NCBI GenBank assembly: GCA_030526225.1
Contig: JAUNDF010000033.1
Coordinates: 6,901 to 22,139, forward strand
Source of the DNA: Clostridia bacterium
GTDB taxonomy: Bacteria > Bacillota > Clostridia > Christensenellales > Aristaeellaceae
Length of the DNA: 15,239 bases
Reading direction: 5' to 3'
A program made the translations under genes and the position numbers. Every line of letters starts with the position of its first letter. The first letter of the stretch is position 1. Positions 13,032 to 15,239 of this stretch are shown here, one piece after another. The notes under the pieces are model-generated. The model was not told the DNA's origin. It saw only the letters and a list, made by a program, of their open reading frames with translations, and ran no database searches.

Positions 13032-13079
13032 ACAAAAATTCCTCTCATTCCGTTGGCATTATACTTCGAAATGAGAGGG
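13032..13079 (-). terminator. Intrinsic terminator candidate after the AraC gene. It overlaps a TATAAT box that could serve the DUF3793-flavodoxin operon
   Basis: On the plus strand, CCTCTCATT (13041-13049) pairs with AATGAGAGG (13070-13078) in a perfect 9-bp stem with a 20-nt loop. On the minus-strand RNA the stem is followed by AAUUUUUG (complement of 13032-13040). The loop contains TATAAT on the minus strand (complement of 13058-13063). Confidence 0.45.
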
Positions 13080-13113
13080 TATTCCGCTCTGAACGGACAT
13101 AAAAATGAGCCGA

Positions 13114-13971
13114 TCAGACACGCTTTGGAGGGAGAACGTTTTTTCGATAGTCTCTTGGCGTCATCCCTTTCACGCTGCGAAACGCCGCTGCGAATTTGCT
13201 GCTGTTATCATATCCGTGTTCCAGCGCAATGGCGAGGATCGACTGCTGCGTATGCTCCAGCATGTATGCTGCTGATTCCATTTTTCGGGTCTTCAGATAG
13301 TTTCCCACTGACACGCCATACACCGTGCGGAACGTAGTCTTGATTTGTGTGCCGGAGGCGTGAAAGACTTTTGTCAATTCTGACAGGGTAATCTTATCTC
13401 CAATATGCGCGGCCAGATAATCGGCCACGCCCTTGGCCAGTTCGCTCTGTTGCCGGGTACAGGTATGCACCTGCGCATGATCCGCACCCGGTTCAGCTGC
13501 GCTGAGAAACAGCATCAGTTCCAGAAGCTTTACTTTGCAATAGCCATCACGAATCGAATCCGGAACAGCATACAACTCCGAGAACAAGTGTGCTACCGAT
13601 TCACTTTCCCTGATGATGCAATGCTCCTTTTCTCCCAGCAGATGCTTTCGGATCCGCTCCGGATCTATGTGTACATTCTGAAGACAGCACGAAAAGCAAT
13701 AAACAGCATTCTGAATATCAAATGTAATGACGATTCCATGAAAATGTTGCAACGGGAACGATACCCTGTGCGCCAGCGCACCTTTGCGAACAATCAGCAT
13801 ATCCCCTTGTTCAAGATAGCAAAACTGTCCTGCAATAGCGCCTTCCATGCGTCCTTCTTTGCAGTGAATGATTGCCCACTGATCGTAATTTGCATCGGGC
13901 AAGGGAAGTTCTATGGTGGCTGTGTGCGCGTTTACGTGTGAAAGTATTATTCCTGGAAAGATAGTCTGCAT
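13114..13971 (-). CDS. AraC-family transcriptional regulator (N-terminal cupin-like sensor plus C-terminal double HTH)
   Basis: The C-terminus LSELTKVFHASGTQIKTTFRTVYGVSVGNYLKTRKMESAAYML...ILAIALEHGYDNSSKFAAAFRSVKGMTPRDYRK is a canonical AraC HTH. GGAGG (complement of 13978-13982) lies 6 nt before ATG 13971 (MQTIFPGI...), so the track start at 14058 is probably an over-extension. TGA stop. Confidence 0.85.
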   Translation of the reverse strand: MQTIFPGIILSHVNAHTATIELPLPDANYDQWAIIHCKEGRMEGAIAGQFCYLEQGDMLIVRKGALAHRVSFPLQHFHGIVITFDIQNAVYCFSCCLQNVHIDPERIRKHLLGEKEHCIIRESESVAHLFSELYAVPDSIRDGYCKVKLLELMLFLSAAEPGADHAQVHTCTRQQSELAKGVADYLAAHIGDKITLSELTKVFHASGTQIKTTFRTVYGVSVGNYLKTRKMESAAYMLEHTQQSILAIALEHGYDNSSKFAAAFRSVKGMTPRDYRKNVLPPKRV

Positions 13972-14054
13972 AACGAACCTCCTGTGCAGACCGCAATTCC
14001 TTGGCGTGAACGCCGGAAGAAATGCGGTATCGATGCTGTACTGTTTGCCATCAA

Positions 14055-14129
14055 TCATGGATAAGCCTTATGGTCCTTCTTCATAAAGCGGTCATAAATC
14101 TTTGCAGTTTTATCCCAAAGGTTCTTCAC
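14055..14129 (-). pseudogene. 24-codon ORF resembling the N-terminus of a class I SAM-dependent methyltransferase (remnant or leader peptide)
   Basis: On the minus strand, AGGAG + 9 nt + GTG gives (M)KNLWDKTAKIYDRFMKKDHKAYP*. A WDK.A..YD.FM start is typical of small clostridial methyltransferases, but the ORF stops at TGA after 24 codons and the downstream frames do not continue the fold. Confidence 0.3.
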
Positions 14130-14179
14130 AACTTTCTCACTCCTGTTTTTGGTTAGTTATACATAACTCGTGGCATTTT

Positions 14180-14205
14180 GAAAAGCTGCCTATAGGCAGC
14201 TTTTC
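14180..14205. terminator. Bidirectional rho-independent terminator downstream of the TetR gene
   Basis: Perfect palindrome: GAAAAGCTGCC, loop tata, GGCAGCTTTTC (11-bp stem). The GCUGCC/GGCAGC core is flanked by an A-run and a U-run. It begins 4 nt after the TetR stop (TAA, 14209-14211). Confidence 0.8.
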
Positions 14206-14208
14206 ACT

Positions 14209-14787
14209 TTAATCGAATAATTCTTTGCAAGCACCATGAACCAGCATTTCCAACACCTGCGGATATAGTTCACCAATCTCACTCTGATGGGAAACAGTTA
14301 AAATCAGCCCTCGGACGGTGGCGGCAGCTAATTCCATTCCGCCTTTTGGCACAAGTCCACTTGCCGCCAAAATCTGACGAATGTGAATTTCGTCATTGTG
14401 ATAGTGATCGGCTTTAATATCATCCGGTATCCGCCGGAGCAGATAATCGACATCGTTTTCAATGAAAGTCATGGCTTTGGTGTCGGAAAGGTATTTGCAG
14501 GCAGCAAGAATGATTTTCGTTGCCCGCTCTGTTGGTATGAGTTTTGCATTGTCTTGCAAGGCTTTTTCGGCCACGGAATAAGTTTCCGCATGAATGTTTT
14601 CCAACACGGCAAAGAACAGCAACTCCTTAGATGGGAAGAACTTGTAGAATGAACCCTTCGCAATACCCGCCGCTTCCGTAAGTTGCTCCACCGATGTTTT
14701 CCGCATTCCGATGGTCACGGCACAATGTAACGCTTCCTCTAACAAAATCTTACGAATCACCTCATTTTTCTGCTCTGTAAATGCCAC
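14209..14787 (-). CDS. TetR/AcrR-family transcriptional regulator
   Basis: The N-terminal HTH is TSVEQLTEAAGIAKGSFYKFFPSKELLF. The product is 192 aa and all-helical in character. GTG start at 14787 is preceded by GGAGG (complement of 14795-14799) with a 7-nt spacer. TAA stop. Confidence 0.9.
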   Translation of the reverse strand: MAFTEQKNEVIRKILLEEALHCAVTIGMRKTSVEQLTEAAGIAKGSFYKFFPSKELLFFAVLENIHAETYSVAEKALQDNAKLIPTERATKIILAACKYLSDTKAMTFIENDVDYLLRRIPDDIKADHYHNDEIHIRQILAASGLVPKGGMELAAATVRGLILTVSHQSEIGELYPQVLEMLVHGACKELFD

Positions 14788-14807
14788 AAGGCAACCTCCT
14801 CATCATT

Positions 14808-14836
14808 TTGACCGTTTTGGTTCTTTTGGTCATAAT
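14808..14836 (+). promoter_or_regulatory. Near-consensus sigma-70/SigA-type promoter, plus strand
   Basis: TTGACC (14808-14813), 17 nt spacer, CATAAT (14831-14836). Confidence 0.6.
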
Positions 14837-14863
14837 AATACTTGCTGTATTCGTCTCTGTCAA
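14835..14863 (-). promoter_or_regulatory. Near-consensus promoter for the TetR gene, overlapping the plus-strand -10 box
   Basis: On the minus strand: TTGACA (complement of 14858-14863), 17 nt spacer, TATTAT (complement of 14835-14840). The palindrome AATACttgctGTATT (14837-14851) lies in the spacer and is an operator candidate. Confidence 0.6.
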
Positions 14864-14886
14864 TAGTTTTCAAAGAAACGTTACAA

Positions 14887-14994
14887 ATGCAGATGATGAA
14901 AACATACTTGGCTACCGCTTCCAACGGTTGGCATGCCATTGTGGTGAATGGCCAGGTGGGCTGGGTGTCCGGGAAATACAGTCGCATGATTTGA
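14887..14994 (+). CDS. Small ORF (35 aa) resembling the C-terminal strands of a bacterial SH3 domain. Either a gene remnant or a small protein
   Basis: MQMMKTYLATASNGWHAIVVNGQVGWVSGKYSRMI* matches the SH3b ending NGW.(K/I)...NG.(T)GWVS.KY. There is no good RBS. A terminator follows 7 nt later. The preceding frame-0 stretch encodes a TM-like segment (LLIILTVLVLLVIIILAVFV), so a frameshifted membrane-anchored SH3 protein is an alternative. Confidence 0.3.
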   Translation: MQMMKTYLATASNGWHAIVVNGQVGWVSGKYSRMI

Positions 14995-15001
14995 TTCAAA
15001 A

Positions 15002-15030
15002 ACGGTTGGCTTCGGCTGACCGTCTTTTCT
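15002..15030 (+). terminator. Rho-independent terminator
   Basis: ACGGTTGGC, loop ttcg, GCTGACCGT forms a 9-bp stem with two G-U wobbles and a TTCG tetraloop. It is preceded by caaaaa and followed by cttttct. Confidence 0.65.
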
Positions 15031-15041
15031 CAGCAACAGAA

Positions 15042-15239
15042 ATGTTTTATGCCATCAATAGTGAGCACTACCGTTTCGGCTATATACCTGCCAAGTCGCT
15101 GCCGAAGAAGGCAAATGTGAAGCGCCTTGACTTTGAGCGCACCAACGCCTATGCTTCACAGATGGTTTCGATCACGGATGGCTCGAACTTGCAAGTAATG
15201 GCTGACGATCACCAGTTATCGGTAAGTAATCATACGATT
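15042..15239 (+). CDS. Hypothetical protein, 5' part (runs off the window end)
   Basis: This is the only one of six frames open across 15042-15239: MFYAINSEHYRFGYIPAKSLPKKANVKRLDFERTNAYASQMVSITDGSNLQVMADDHQLSVSNHTI. No clear RBS and no family recognised. Confidence 0.3.
   Translation, partial: MFYAINSEHYRFGYIPAKSLPKKANVKRLDFERTNAYASQMVSITDGSNLQVMADDHQLSVSNHTI

Noticed and set aside
14781-15239. Frame-0 open reading frame from ATG 14781 to the window end, with a TM-like N-terminus (MPQGNLLIILTVLVLLVIIILAVFV...)
   Set aside because: It starts inside the TetR coding start, upstream of the plus-strand promoter. It reads through a good terminator, and its 14880-15000 portion (RLACHCGEWPGGLGVREIQSHD) looks like an out-of-frame translation of the SH3-like frame. 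Only the 15042-15239 part is kept, as a low-confidence CDS.
1-15239. Search for tRNA, rRNA, CRISPR arrays, IS elements or integrases
   Set aside because: I found no cloverleaf-like segments, no short-period repeat-spacer arrays, and no transposase or integrase motifs or terminal inverted repeats. The only repeats are intragenic coding repeats of the adhesin.

Overview
The window has two compositionally different blocks.

**Block 1 (1 to ~11.7 kb, about 60% GC; 36/60 counted by hand on line 6601-6660).** It is almost entirely plus-strand and holds two genes.
- One giant Clostridia/Firmicute-type cell-surface adhesin gene. It is 5'-truncated by the window and spans more than 3,200 codons when its pieces are joined.
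- One orphan family-5 ABC substrate-binding lipoprotein gene.

**Block 2 (~11.7-15.2 kb, about 45% GC; 27/60 on line 14221-14280).** It carries small minus-strand accessory genes: a DUF3793-flavodoxin operon, an AraC-family regulator and a TetR-family regulator. Between them lie apparent gene remnants: a DUF4417-like 3' fragment, a methyltransferase-like 5' fragment and an SH3-like 3' fragment. The window ends inside a plus-strand ORF of unknown function.

**Main observation.** The adhesin and the binding protein are each interrupted by exactly one in-frame TAG (3934-3936 and 11427-11429). In both cases unmistakably continuing coding sequence follows in the same frame. A third in-frame TAG (11829-11831) sits in the DUF4417-like remnant. 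Every convincing gene end in the window uses TGA or TAA. This could mean UAG is decoded or suppressed as a sense codon in this replicon. The alternatives are pseudogenisation or base-calling error.

**Other observations.**
- A G8 tract (183-190) puts the adhesin out of frame, which looks like phase variation or a homopolymer error.
- The adhesin contains a recent 594-nt tandem duplication.
- Its C-terminus has no LPXTG and ends ...NEGDCFE.
- The TetR gene has near-consensus overlapping divergent promoters that drive a tiny terminated transcription unit.

No tRNA, rRNA, CRISPR array or recognisable transposase/integrase was seen. All domain names come from motif recognition by eye; no searches were run.
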